Positions 20,556-29,280 of a stretch of DNA of 64,000 nucleotides are shown here, piece after piece. How positions within the stretch are numbered: position 1 is the stretch's first letter; each line of letters begins with the position of its first letter. Position numbers and translations under genes: made by a program. This DNA is from an uncultured delta proteobacterium. GTDB taxonomy: Bacteria; Myxococcota_A; Polyangia; Fen-1088. Location of the stretch: the NCBI GenBank assembly GCA_963796685.1, contig CAWCMR010000008.1, positions 224,001 through 288,000 of the forward strand, given 5' to 3'. The notes under the pieces are model-generated. The model made no database searches. It saw only the letters and a program-made list of their open reading frames with translations, and was not told the DNA's origin.

Positions 20556-22373
20556 TCATGTCGCCACGATGGCATCGACCATCGCCTCGTATTGGTCCAG
20601 CGACCATCCCGCCACATCCAGCGCCCGCGGCGCGCACACGGCGACGCATGCACCACAACCCTTGCACAGCGCCGGGTTGATGTGCGCGACCTTGTCCGAC
20701 TGTCCAGCGCCATTAGGCTCGCATTTCACCATCGAGAGCGCCCCCTCGTAAGCGCATTCCGCGAGGCAGTCGCCACACCCATTGCAACGGTCGAGGCGCA
20801 CGGTCGCGATGAAGGGATCGAGCGACAATTCGCTCTCGGACAGCAGAATGCCCGCCTTGGCCGCGGCCGCACCCGCGCCAGCCGCGGCCTCGGAAGCGTC
20901 CATGGGTGCCTGACAGGTCCCCGCCAGGAAGATGCCATTGTTGGCGACCTCCACCGGGCGCAGCTTGGGGTGCGCTTCAAGCAAAAAGCGATCGGCGCCC
21001 ACCGGCAACTTCATCGACTCGACCAGCTCGGCGATAGGATTCGGCAACATCCCCGTGGCGAGCACGACCAGATCTGCAGCAACGGCGATCTCCTCGTTCC
21101 AAGTGAGGGCATCCTTGAAGCGAACTTGCAGCGGGCTTTCCGCCTGCGCCGGAGCGGCCTCAACCACCGGGGGCTCTTCCCCGGGATAGCGGAAGAAAAG
21201 CGCGCCGCCCTTGCTGGCCCGCTCGTACATCGCCTCCTGGCCACGGCCGTAGGTGCGAATGTCGCGGTAAAGGTCGTAGACCTGCGTCTTGGAAAACTGC
21301 TCTTGCACTTGGCCAACCGCATTCATCGCGGCGGCACAGCATACGCGCGAGCAGTAGTCGTTGATCTTGCCGTCGGCGCCGGGCTCGTGCACGCCTTCGA
21401 TTTGCCGGCTGCCCACGCAGTGGATGATGGCCAGATTGCGCACCACCTTGCCTTGCCAAATCAGGGCGCCGTCCTTGCTGCGCGCCAACGTGGGCAAGGC
21501 TTCGAGCAACGCCGCCAGCGTCACCACACGCTCGTCGCCCCAGCCAAGCTCGCCCGCCGAGGGCCGATAGAGGTCGAACCCCGTGGCCAGCACCAGCGCA
21601 CCCGCGGTGACGGGTTCGCGGTCGCGCAGGCGCACGATGAAATTGCCCACGTAGCCGTCGACCTTTTCGACCGCCACACCCGTCAGAACGGTGATGAGCG
21701 GCTCGGCATTCACGCGCGTTTCCAGCTCGCCCGTAACTTTCGAGCCATCTTCGCGCGTTTGATGGAGGCGCCCGAGCGTGCGCAACTTGCCGCCCAGCTG
21801 CCCTTCACGCTCGATCAGAATCACAGGTAACCCGATGCCGGCCAAGGCAAGCGCCGCCCGCATGCCGGCGAGTCCGCCACCGATCACCGCCACGCGCCGT
21901 TCGGCGGGTACCAAGATTGCCTCAAGCGGATCCTTCAGCACAGCCGCGCGCACCCCTGCCCGAACCAAGCTCGCCGACTTCGCGGTGGCCGCGGCGTGAT
22001 CCGCCTTGTGCACCCAGGACGCCTGCTCGCGCACGTTCACGTGCTGATAGAGGTACGGATTCAGCCCGGCTTTCTGCATGGCCCGGCGGAAGGTGCTTTC
22101 GTGGAGAGCGGGTGAGCACGCGGCGACCACGACCCGATTGACGCCCTTGTCGCGAATGTCGTCGATGATCAGGTTTTGCCCCGGATCGGAGCACATGAAG
22201 ACGAAGTCCTTCGCGGCAACCACGTCGGCATCGAGACCGGCGGCCTCGGCGACCGCCTTCACGTCCACCACGTCCGAGATGTTCCCGCCGCAATGACAGA
22301 CGTAGACACCGACCTTGGGCTTGTCCTGTGCGGGCGGGGCAGACACGACGGGTAAGTGCAGCTTCTCGGTCAT
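20556..22373 (-). CDS. hdrA: HdrA-family flavoprotein/Fe-S subunit (second copy)
   Basis: VGVYVCHCGGNIS, FMCSDPGQ, VVAACSP, VIGGGLAG, HCVGSR..YCSRVCC, EAHPKLRPVE and C-terminal ferredoxin motifs. The true start is ATG 22373 (ATGA overlap), not 23507. Confidence 0.88.
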   Translation of the reverse strand: MTEKLHLPVVSAPPAQDKPKVGVYVCHCGGNISDVVDVKAVAEAAGLDADVVAAKDFVFMCSDPGQNLIIDDIRDKGVNRVVVAACSPALHESTFRRAMQKAGLNPYLYQHVNVREQASWVHKADHAAATAKSASLVRAGVRAAVLKDPLEAILVPAERRVAVIGGGLAGMRAALALAGIGLPVILIEREGQLGGKLRTLGRLHQTREDGSKVTGELETRVNAEPLITVLTGVAVEKVDGYVGNFIVRLRDREPVTAGALVLATGFDLYRPSAGELGWGDERVVTLAALLEALPTLARSKDGALIWQGKVVRNLAIIHCVGSRQIEGVHEPGADGKINDYCSRVCCAAAMNAVGQVQEQFSKTQVYDLYRDIRTYGRGQEAMYERASKGGALFFRYPGEEPPVVEAAPAQAESPLQVRFKDALTWNEEIAVAADLVVLATGMLPNPIAELVESMKLPVGADRFLLEAHPKLRPVEVANNGIFLAGTCQAPMDASEAAAGAGAAAAKAGILLSESELSLDPFIATVRLDRCNGCGDCLAECAYEGALSMVKCEPNGAGQSDKVAHINPALCKGCGACVAVCAPRALDVAGWSLDQYEAMVDAIVAT

Positions 22374-23680
22374 GGCGTCCTCGCGGACTTGGTGGTGCGC
22401 AGGTGCCCGAGCGCCTCCATGGCCGCCGAACCGGCATCCATGATGGAATCCACGATGTCCTTGGGGCCACTGGCCGTGCCGGCCGAAAAGACCCCACGAA
22501 TGTTGGTCAGGGTTGGCGAGTGCAGCAGGTGCGGCTGATCGACGAAGCCATCGGGCGAGACGCCGACGCCACAGCTGTCGAACAGCGCCGGATCGGCCCC
22601 TGGCACCATGCCGAGCGAAAGCACCACCATGTCGTGGCGCACCTCCTCGACCCGGCAGTCGTCCTCTTGCCGCTCGATGCGCAGGATAGGATTGTGTTCC
22701 GCGTCCTCCGCCACGCGCGCCACCTTGGCCTTCACGAAGTTGATGCCCATGGCTTTGGCCGACGCGTAGAACTGCTCGTAGCCTTTGCCGAAGGCGCGGA
22801 TGTCCATGTAGTAGATGGTGATATCTGCGATGGGCAGCGACCCCGAGAGCAACACGGCCTGCTTGATGGCGTACATGCAACAGACGCGCGAGCAGTAACC
22901 CGTGCCGAGTGACAGGTCCCGACTGCCGGCGCACTGAACGAAGGCAATGCTGTCCGGGATCTTGCCGTCCCCTGGGCGAAGCACACGTCCATACGGTCCG
23001 TGCGGCGCAAGCAGCCGCTCGACCTGCATCGGCGTGAGCACATTGGGCAGCTTGCCCAGCCCGTATTGAGGCTTGGCGTCGACGGGTGTCAGGTGGCTGC
23101 CCGTGGTCATGATGACCGACTTGGCTTGCACCTCGATCTCTTTCGGTTTCTGTAGGAAGTCGATGCAATCCGTTGGACACGCCCTGGCGCAACGGCCGCA
23201 CCACGTACAAGTTTCGGGATCGAGAACTGCGTACTGCGGAATGGCGTTGGTGAAGGGGATGGCGATGGCCTTGGTGGCGCCGAGTCCATGCTCGTAGGCA
23301 TCCGGCTGGTACTCGGGACAGGCTTCTTCGCACAGCCGGCACCCGATGCAGTTCGCCTCGTCCACGTAGCGCGGCTTCTTGCGCAACCGCCCGCGAAATC
23401 CGTCCCCAACGCGCGCGACCGAAAGGACCTCCGTGTGGGTGAGGGTCTCGATGCGGGCGTGGTGGGCCACCGAGGCCATGCGCGGCGTGGTGATGCAACT
23501 GGCGCAATCCAGGGTCGGGAACACCTTACTCAAGTTGATCATGCGACCGCCGATGCTGGCGTCCTTCTCCGCCAGCACCACGCGCACGCCCTGGTCGGCC
23601 GCCTCCAGGGCGGCCTGCATGCCCGCGATGCCGGCCCCCACGACCAAGACATCCGTCTCGATGATCTTCGGCTGGTCCAT
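22370..23680 (-). CDS. hdrA: HdrA-family flavoprotein/Fe-S subunit (first copy)
   Basis: VLVVGAGIAG, KVFPTLDCASCITTP, two ferredoxin motifs, QCAGSRD..YCSRVCCMYAIK, YMDIRAFGKGYEQFY, GPKDIVDS. Start set to ATG 23680. Confidence 0.88.
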   Translation of the reverse strand: MDQPKIIETDVLVVGAGIAGMQAALEAADQGVRVVLAEKDASIGGRMINLSKVFPTLDCASCITTPRMASVAHHARIETLTHTEVLSVARVGDGFRGRLRKKPRYVDEANCIGCRLCEEACPEYQPDAYEHGLGATKAIAIPFTNAIPQYAVLDPETCTWCGRCARACPTDCIDFLQKPKEIEVQAKSVIMTTGSHLTPVDAKPQYGLGKLPNVLTPMQVERLLAPHGPYGRVLRPGDGKIPDSIAFVQCAGSRDLSLGTGYCSRVCCMYAIKQAVLLSGSLPIADITIYYMDIRAFGKGYEQFYASAKAMGINFVKAKVARVAEDAEHNPILRIERQEDDCRVEEVRHDMVVLSLGMVPGADPALFDSCGVGVSPDGFVDQPHLLHSPTLTNIRGVFSAGTASGPKDIVDSIMDAGSAAMEALGHLRTTKSARTP

Positions 23681-23700
23681 GATTGGCCCGAACGTCAGGG

Positions 23701-23949
23701 TCACTTCTTCCGTGTTACGAAGATGCTGTCGTATCCGTCGCGCTCGGTGAAGCCCATGAACAGCTGGCCTGTCTTTTTGCACCAGGCGGGGATGTCTTCG
23801 CGGCTGCCCTTGTCCCCGCTGAGGATCTCCAGGATTTTGCCCACGGGCACCGAGCCCATCGCCTTCTTCGCCTCGAGCAAAGGGCCTGGGCAGGCCATGG
23901 CTCGCGCATCCACCACTTTGTCGCCCTTGAGATTCACCAGGTCGGTCAT
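23701..23949 (-). CDS. tusA: TusA-family sulfur carrier
   Basis: VDARAMACPGPLLEAKK...DIPAWC, containing the CPxP motif. Confidence 0.92.
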   Translation of the reverse strand: MTDLVNLKGDKVVDARAMACPGPLLEAKKAMGSVPVGKILEILSGDKGSREDIPAWCKKTGQLFMGFTERDGYDSIFVTRKK

Positions 23950-23979
23950 ACTTTCTCCATAGCTTTGGGTTGAGATCGC

Positions 23980-24285
23980 CTAATTGACTTTCAGTCCCGC
24001 GCAATACAGACCCCGCACACATCTCAGCAAGTCGCCAATCTTCGGATCCTTGATCGAATAGAAGATGCGATTGCCATCGCGGCGCTTGCTGATCAGGCCT
24101 TTGTTCTCCAGCAGCCGCAGGTGCTGGCTAACATTGCCCTTGGTGGTACCGATCTGCTCCAGCAGCTCTCCAACGAAGCGCTCGCGCTCGATGAGCAGAC
24201 AGACGATGAGCAAGCGCAGCGGGTGCGCAACACTACTTAGTACCCGCGCGGCCTTCTCGGCATGTTGCAATTGACGTTGATCCAT
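23980..24285 (-). CDS. ArsR/SmtB-family repressor, BigR/SqrR-like
   Basis: AHPLRLLIVCLL..VSQHLRLL..RRDGNRIFYSI..GLYC; Cys in helix 2 and in the C-terminal LYC. Confidence 0.85.
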   Translation of the reverse strand: MDQRQLQHAEKAARVLSSVAHPLRLLIVCLLIERERFVGELLEQIGTTKGNVSQHLRLLENKGLISKRRDGNRIFYSIKDPKIGDLLRCVRGLYCAGLKVN

Positions 24286-24290
24286 GGTCC

Positions 24291-24731
24291 TCAGGCAAGC
24301 TTGGGATGGGATGAGTCGGCTATACTCTTGCGCATCTCGCCGATCTCCTTGAGAAAGGCCGACCGGCATACGGTGCAGATTGTCGTCAGCTTGAGTCGCG
24401 TGGTCGGGATGCCGCGCTCCTTCATGAGCGTGTAGACGCGATCGATGCGCTTCGACAGCCGCGTATACGCACCCTCGTAGGGACAGTCCGAACCCGAGCT
24501 CATGATGATGATGCCCGCGATCCCCTTGTCGAAAGAGCGCAAGTAGAACGATTCGGGAAACATCACCGGATCGGGCACGCGCAGGATGTACGTGTTGGGG
24601 TCGTACTGAAGCCGTGCTTGTCCTACGGCGTTGGCGCCCGGATCGGAGCTGTGCAGCGTGGTCAGGACGAGGATCCCAGGGACCCGGTTCGCGCCAGGGC
24701 TTGGATCCTTCTTCTGTATCTCGGTATTCAT
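24291..24731 (-). CDS. MvhD/FlpD-like protein with a non-canonical Cys pattern
   Basis: GANAVGQARLQYDPNTYILRV..FDKGIAGIII..DCPY..GIPTTRL aligns by eye to MvhD; several Cys ligands are absent and an ICTVC motif is added. Confidence 0.7.
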   Translation of the reverse strand: MNTEIQKKDPSPGANRVPGILVLTTLHSSDPGANAVGQARLQYDPNTYILRVPDPVMFPESFYLRSFDKGIAGIIIMSSGSDCPYEGAYTRLSKRIDRVYTLMKERGIPTTRLKLTTICTVCRSAFLKEIGEMRKSIADSSHPKLA

Positions 24732-24744
24732 GGTCTGCTTTGCT

Positions 24745-24779
24745 GTTTAGTAGTTAAGCGATAACTAAACTAGAGTCAA
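24745..24779 (-). promoter_or_regulatory. Putative sigma70 -35 box with a nested palindromic operator, upstream of the mvhD-arsR operon
   Basis: TTGACT on the minus strand (24774-24779); GTTTAGT-N12-ACTAAAC (24745-24770) overlapping TAGTTA-N5-TAACTA; AT-rich island. The -10 box is poor. Confidence 0.55.
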
Positions 24780-24844
24780 GCCCGAATGTGATCTTTTTCA
24801 CGGCGGGCAAGCAATTTGCGTCTCATCCAGTTACACTTCGGCCC

Positions 24845-25696
24845 ATGGTCACCTTTCACGGGCAACTTCGCATGTGGCTTCCCTGGGTCGCGTCCGCGGC
24901 CTTCGTCTTGACCGGTGGGTCGTGCCGACACAAGGAAGGCAAACCCACCGCTCCGGGCGCCCATGCAAGCCTTGCGACGCCCTCCCTGCTTGGCAACACG
25001 CCCGCCGGCACTCCTTCCGTTGGCCACGGCGCCTCGTCAGCCATCGATGCCCAAGCCCACGATCCCGCGCACCCTCCTATCGACTGCCCGCTGCGCAAGC
25101 TGGGCATCGATCCACTGCACCTTCGGCCCTTCGATCAGGTCGAGAAGTACATCGCCTTCTTGGAAAAGCCCGAGCGTGCCATCTGGCAAAAGCCCGATGA
25201 GGTCGTCAAAGCGCTTGGCCTCACGGGAACAGAGACCATCGACGACGTCGGCGCGGGCTCGGGCTACTTCACGTTTCGATTCGCGCGGGCCTTGCCCCAC
25301 GGCAGGGTCATCGCCGCGGATACCGAGGCGGAGATGATCCGGCATATCCATCATCGGGCCATGAGCGACGGCATCCAGAATATCCAGGCCGTGCTCATCA
25401 AGCCCGACGATCCCGAGGTCAGCAAGGACGCGGACTGGGTCTTCATCTGCGATGTGCTCCACCATGTTCCCGATCGCTCGGCATGGCTCCACCGAGTCGC
25501 TTCGCAGATGAAGACCGGGGCCAGGCTGGCGCTCATCGAGTTCAAGCAAGGCAAGTTGCCCCAGGGACCGCCCGAGTCGGCCAAGATTCCGCGTGCCCTG
25601 CTCATCGAGCTTGCCACCAAGGCCGGCCTCAGGCTCGAAGGCGAAAAGACCACGCTTCTGCCCTATCAAGTCTTCCTGGTGTTCAAGAAGGCCTGA
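24845..25696 (+). CDS. Class I SAM-dependent methyltransferase with an export signal
   Basis: RAIWQKPDEVVKALGL..DVGAGSGYFT..DVLHHV..ALIEFK. The start is uncertain (24788, 24845 or 24872). Confidence 0.85.
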   Translation: MVTFHGQLRMWLPWVASAAFVLTGGSCRHKEGKPTAPGAHASLATPSLLGNTPAGTPSVGHGASSAIDAQAHDPAHPPIDCPLRKLGIDPLHLRPFDQVEKYIAFLEKPERAIWQKPDEVVKALGLTGTETIDDVGAGSGYFTFRFARALPHGRVIAADTEAEMIRHIHHRAMSDGIQNIQAVLIKPDDPEVSKDADWVFICDVLHHVPDRSAWLHRVASQMKTGARLALIEFKQGKLPQGPPESAKIPRALLIELATKAGLRLEGEKTTLLPYQVFLVFKKA

Positions 25697-25747
25697 AGCT
25701 CCGAACGTTGGCGCGCCCGCCGCACCGGTGAATTGAAGACCTCCGGC

Positions 25748-26236
25748 CTATGGGATTTTCCCGGTGGATGTCGCGCCGTCGTTCTTCAGAGATGACGGCA
25801 GCAGCGTGCGAGCGATGATGTCCGCTGCCGAGGCGACGATCCGAGCGCACGGGCGGATCGCGTAGTATTCTGCGGTTCGTTCCGAAGGGTCGGGATTGAA
25901 CGTACACGACGCCTTCTCGAGCAGCTCTCTGCAACAAATGGTCCCGTGTCGCTCGGTGAACGCATGGACCATCCTCTTGATCAGATCGTACAGCCTCGTC
26001 TTGGTCTCGATGTCCCCTGCCGGGTAGGGTCCGACATGCAAACCGGCAAGGTAGGCCATGGCGCCGACCGCGCCGCAGGTCTCCCGCAGTCCGCCGATGC
26101 CGGCGCCAAAGCCGGCGGTGGATTTCAAAACGAAGCATGGCTCGAGGCCAAAATCCTCGGCGAACGCCGCCGTCGTCGACTGGGCGCAGTTGTAGCCCTG
26201 CCTGAAGAGCTCCTCGGCCTTGTCGCTGTGTTTCAC
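25748..26236 (-). CDS. C-GCAxxG-C-C family redox protein
   Basis: GYNCAQS..FGAGIGGLRETCGAVG..TICCRELL..PCARIV; GTG start at 26236. Confidence 0.85.
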   Translation of the reverse strand: MKHSDKAEELFRQGYNCAQSTTAAFAEDFGLEPCFVLKSTAGFGAGIGGLRETCGAVGAMAYLAGLHVGPYPAGDIETKTRLYDLIKRMVHAFTERHGTICCRELLEKASCTFNPDPSERTAEYYAIRPCARIVASAADIIARTLLPSSLKNDGATSTGKIP

Positions 26237-26355
26237 GCGGGTGCCCCTCAGCCATCCGCACAAGCAACTCGCAGCGCTTGACGATGTCGCGCGAGATGAC
26301 GGGTCTTCATGCCCGCACGATAGATCCGAAGTGGGCGATACGCGCTCATATCTTT

Positions 26356-26371
26356 TGCACGCTTGGAGCCA
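26356..26371 (-). promoter_or_regulatory. Possible sigma54 (-24/-12) promoter for the C-GCAxxG-C-C gene
   Basis: TGGCTCCAAGCGTGCA gives GG-N10-GC spacing but matches the consensus imperfectly. Confidence 0.25.
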
Positions 26372-26447
26372 GACCGTGGCCGGAAGGGTTCGCAAATTGA
26401 AACAGCGGTCGACGGCGCGGCAGGTGCAGATACACGCGGCCGAGTCC

Positions 26448-26481
26448 TTGACCCAAGTAATGAACATATGCTAATAATACT
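26448..26481 (+). promoter_or_regulatory. Putative sigma70 promoter with an SmtB/CzrA-like box upstream of the ZIP fragment
   Basis: TTGACC-caagtaATGAACAtaTGCTAATaatact; an AT-rich element immediately before a metal-transporter N-terminus. Confidence 0.35.
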
Positions 26482-26487
26482 CCGTGG

Positions 26488-27009
26488 GTGATGACGCTTC
26501 TATCTATCCTGGCTGCCGCGCTGGCGGGCGGCCTACTGACCGTGCTCGTCGCAGGTGCCGTGCTGGCGGTGAACGCAACGCTACTGGACCGGGCCCTACC
26601 CCGTCTTGTCAGCTTCTCCACGGGCGCCCTGCTCGGCGCCGCCCTCATGGGGATGATTCCCCACGCCGCACGGGTGCTACCGGTTTCCACCGTCGCGCGC
26701 GTGGTCCTTGTGGGGCTGGTTCTTTTCTTCGTGCTCTCGGATGGAAAGCGCATCCCCATCCGTGTTTCGACCGCGTCGCTGCGCGACGATCGGGGAAAGG
26801 TCATGGGAGGAGCGGAAACCTTCCGCGATCTGAGTGTCATCGAAGAGCTGCGCAAGGAGATCAAGGGGCGGCGCCAGGTGGGTGACATCGTCAGTCGCAG
26901 CCCGTCCATGCGCCAGGTCCTCGAGGTACTCCCGCGCATCGCCGAAAGCGAAAGCACGATCTTGCTCCAGGGCGAGACGGGCACGGGCAAAGAGCTTGCG
27001 GTGCCGTGA
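26488..27009 (+). pseudogene. Chimeric remnant: ZIP metal transporter N-terminus fused to a PAS/sigma54-activator fragment
   Basis: LVSFSTGALLGAALMGMIPHA..VLFFVL joins SDGKRIPIRVSTASLRD..GAETFRDLS..ILLQGETGTGKELA and stops right after Walker A; GAFTGA is absent. Confidence 0.75.
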
Positions 27010-27860
27010 GTATGAGTACCAGCACCGGCACGATCACAATCACCATCCTGGTCGACAATCGGGCCAACGAGGGACTCGTCGCCGAGCACGGCTTTTCTGC
27101 CTGGATCGAGACCGCGGGCCGGCGAATTCTCTTCGACACCGGCCAGGGCGTGGCGCTCGCCCAAAACGCCGACGCGCTCGGCGTCGCCCTGAGCTCCGCG
27201 CACGCCTTGATCTTGAGTCACGGCCACTACGACCACACCGGCGGTGTGTCTCTGGTGGTCGAACGCGCACCGGCGGTTCAGGTCTACTGCCATCCGGCGG
27301 CGAATGGCCATCGCTACGCTGTCCGCGATGGGGTGGCCAGGCCGATCGACATGCCCCATTCGTCGGTATCGGCACTCGCGAATCTCCCGGCGGAGAGACT
27401 GCACTGGACCGAAAGGGCACGGGAAATCGCCCCGGGCATCGGTCTCTCCGGCCCCATTCCCCGGCGCACCGACTACGAGAATGTCGGCGGCCCGTTCTTT
27501 CTCGACATCCAGGGAAAGCACGCCGATCCCGTCGAGGACGACATGGCCCTTTGGCTGCGCACGGAGAGAGGGCTCGTCGTTGTTCTCGGGTGCGGCCACG
27601 CGGGCATCATCAACACGCTCGACCATGCCCTGCGCGTGGGTGGCTCTTCCCACATTCATGCGGTCCTCGGGGGCTTCCACCTGCGCGAAGCGAGCGATTC
27701 ACGCATCGACCGCACCCTGTCGGCGCTCGGGAAGCTTGCACCCGACGTCATCGTCCCATGCCATTGCACGGGAGAGCGCCCTATCGAAGCTCTGAAGAGC
27801 GTCTTTGGCGATCGCGTGCACCTCGAAGCGGCCGGGGCGATCCACAGCTTCGGGTCCTGA
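27006..27860 (+). CDS. MBL-fold metallo-hydrolase
   Basis: AEHGFSAWIE..ILFDTGQ..LSHGHYDHTGG..GCGHAG..GGFHL..PCHCTG. Confidence 0.9.
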   Translation: MSMSTSTGTITITILVDNRANEGLVAEHGFSAWIETAGRRILFDTGQGVALAQNADALGVALSSAHALILSHGHYDHTGGVSLVVERAPAVQVYCHPAANGHRYAVRDGVARPIDMPHSSVSALANLPAERLHWTERAREIAPGIGLSGPIPRRTDYENVGGPFFLDIQGKHADPVEDDMALWLRTERGLVVVLGCGHAGIINTLDHALRVGGSSHIHAVLGGFHLREASDSRIDRTLSALGKLAPDVIVPCHCTGERPIEALKSVFGDRVHLEAAGAIHSFGS

Positions 27861-27887
27861 GTCGCTGGAAGCGACAGCGGTACGACC

Positions 27888-28988
27888 TCAAGGCGCCGTC
27901 GCCAAACGATCACGCCCGGCCTGTTTGGCTGCATAGAGGCATCGATCGGCGCGTTCGAGCCAGGTCTTGGCGTCGTCATCGGCCTTGATCTCGGCCAGTC
28001 CGATCGAGACGGTGACGGAAAGGGTTTGGTCATTCGTCGTCGAAACGAGCAGCGAGCGAATGCGGCCAAGCACTCGCTCGGCCAAGGCGCTCGCGTCTCG
28101 AACCCCGGTCTCGCGCAGGATGACGGCGAACTCGTCGCCGCCAAGGCGTGACACGAAGTCGTTCTTACGCAAGAAGACCTTGACCACGGCATCGGCGACC
28201 TGGCGCAAGACCTCGTCCCCGGAGATGTGACCACTGCTGTCGTTGACGTCCTTGAAGTGGTCGACGTCCACCACCAACATGGACATCGGGGAGCCGAACG
28301 CCTTGTGAATCTCCACGCTGCGCGCGAGGTAGTCGTCGAACGCCTTGCGGTTGGAGATGCGGGTCAAAGGATCCGTTTCGCTCTCCCGCCGGGCAGATTC
28401 CAGCTCGCTGCCGAGCGACCGAACCTGCGCCCCCAGGAGTTGCACTTGCTTCTGCTGCCGCTGGTGGCGCTCTTCGATGATCGACTTGAGCATGCCTACG
28501 GCGTCGAGCACCTCCCGCTTCAAATCCGCGGTCGAGTTGGCCTCGACCAGCTTCTCGAGCCGCCCGATCTGCATGCCCAGTCTACCGTCGACCTCTTCGT
28601 CTTGCGCGAAGGCCTGGCTGAGATTGCGAATGAAGACCCAGATGACCTGTCGCAGATCGGTCGAGATCTCGCTCACGCGCTTGGAGCTGGCCTGGCAGTA
28701 GTCGCGCACGAAACGACGAACGCCTTCCCATTCGCGACGCCCCTTGCGCGTCTGGACATCATCCTCGACGGCTCCGGGGGGCGAGGTGGCCAACGTGACG
28801 TGCATGGCCCATGCCTCGGCGGTGGCGCGAAAGGTCGGAATGTCTGTGGCATCCTGTTCGAGGGCGAACTCGGCCATGCTGCGCAAGACCCCCGCCAGGG
28901 TATCCAGCGCCATGTCGCCCGCGATGGTCGCGTCAGCCTCCTCGACGGGCGGCTTGCTCTCGTGCGGCTTTGGCGATTTTCCGAACAT
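27888..28988 (-). CDS. Diguanylate cyclase (GGDEF)
   Basis: DPLTRISNR, DVDHFKDVND, an RxxD I-site (RKND) and an intact GGDEF; coiled-coil N-terminus. Confidence 0.93.
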   Translation of the reverse strand: MFGKSPKPHESKPPVEEADATIAGDMALDTLAGVLRSMAEFALEQDATDIPTFRATAEAWAMHVTLATSPPGAVEDDVQTRKGRREWEGVRRFVRDYCQASSKRVSEISTDLRQVIWVFIRNLSQAFAQDEEVDGRLGMQIGRLEKLVEANSTADLKREVLDAVGMLKSIIEERHQRQQKQVQLLGAQVRSLGSELESARRESETDPLTRISNRKAFDDYLARSVEIHKAFGSPMSMLVVDVDHFKDVNDSSGHISGDEVLRQVADAVVKVFLRKNDFVSRLGGDEFAVILRETGVRDASALAERVLGRIRSLLVSTTNDQTLSVTVSIGLAEIKADDDAKTWLERADRCLYAAKQAGRDRLATAP

Positions 28989-29280
28989 GGCGGCGAGCAG
29001 TCAAGGACGGTATCGGCAGCTACCAGATTGGGGTTGAGGAGATTGTGCCAAGAGCGTCAAACTGTCCATGCCGCATCCGCACACCGCTTGCCTCCACGCG
29101 CAGACACTCGTCCCGCGAAACGGACTTTCGCGGAGTCATGGACGCATTGTGCCCGCCACGTTTTCCAACACGCATCATCTATTCCGTATGACTGGCTCTC
29201 CTTTTCTTTCGGTACTAACTCTGCAGGGAGCTTCCACAATACGGCCTCTCTGAATCGCCCGCACACTTGCACCGCGGAGG

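Noticed and set aside
20556-24022. Apparent long overlaps among the 983-aa and 550-aa HdrA ORFs and tusA
   Set aside because: Artefacts of longest-ORF starts; the true starts at 22373 and 23680 remove the overlaps.
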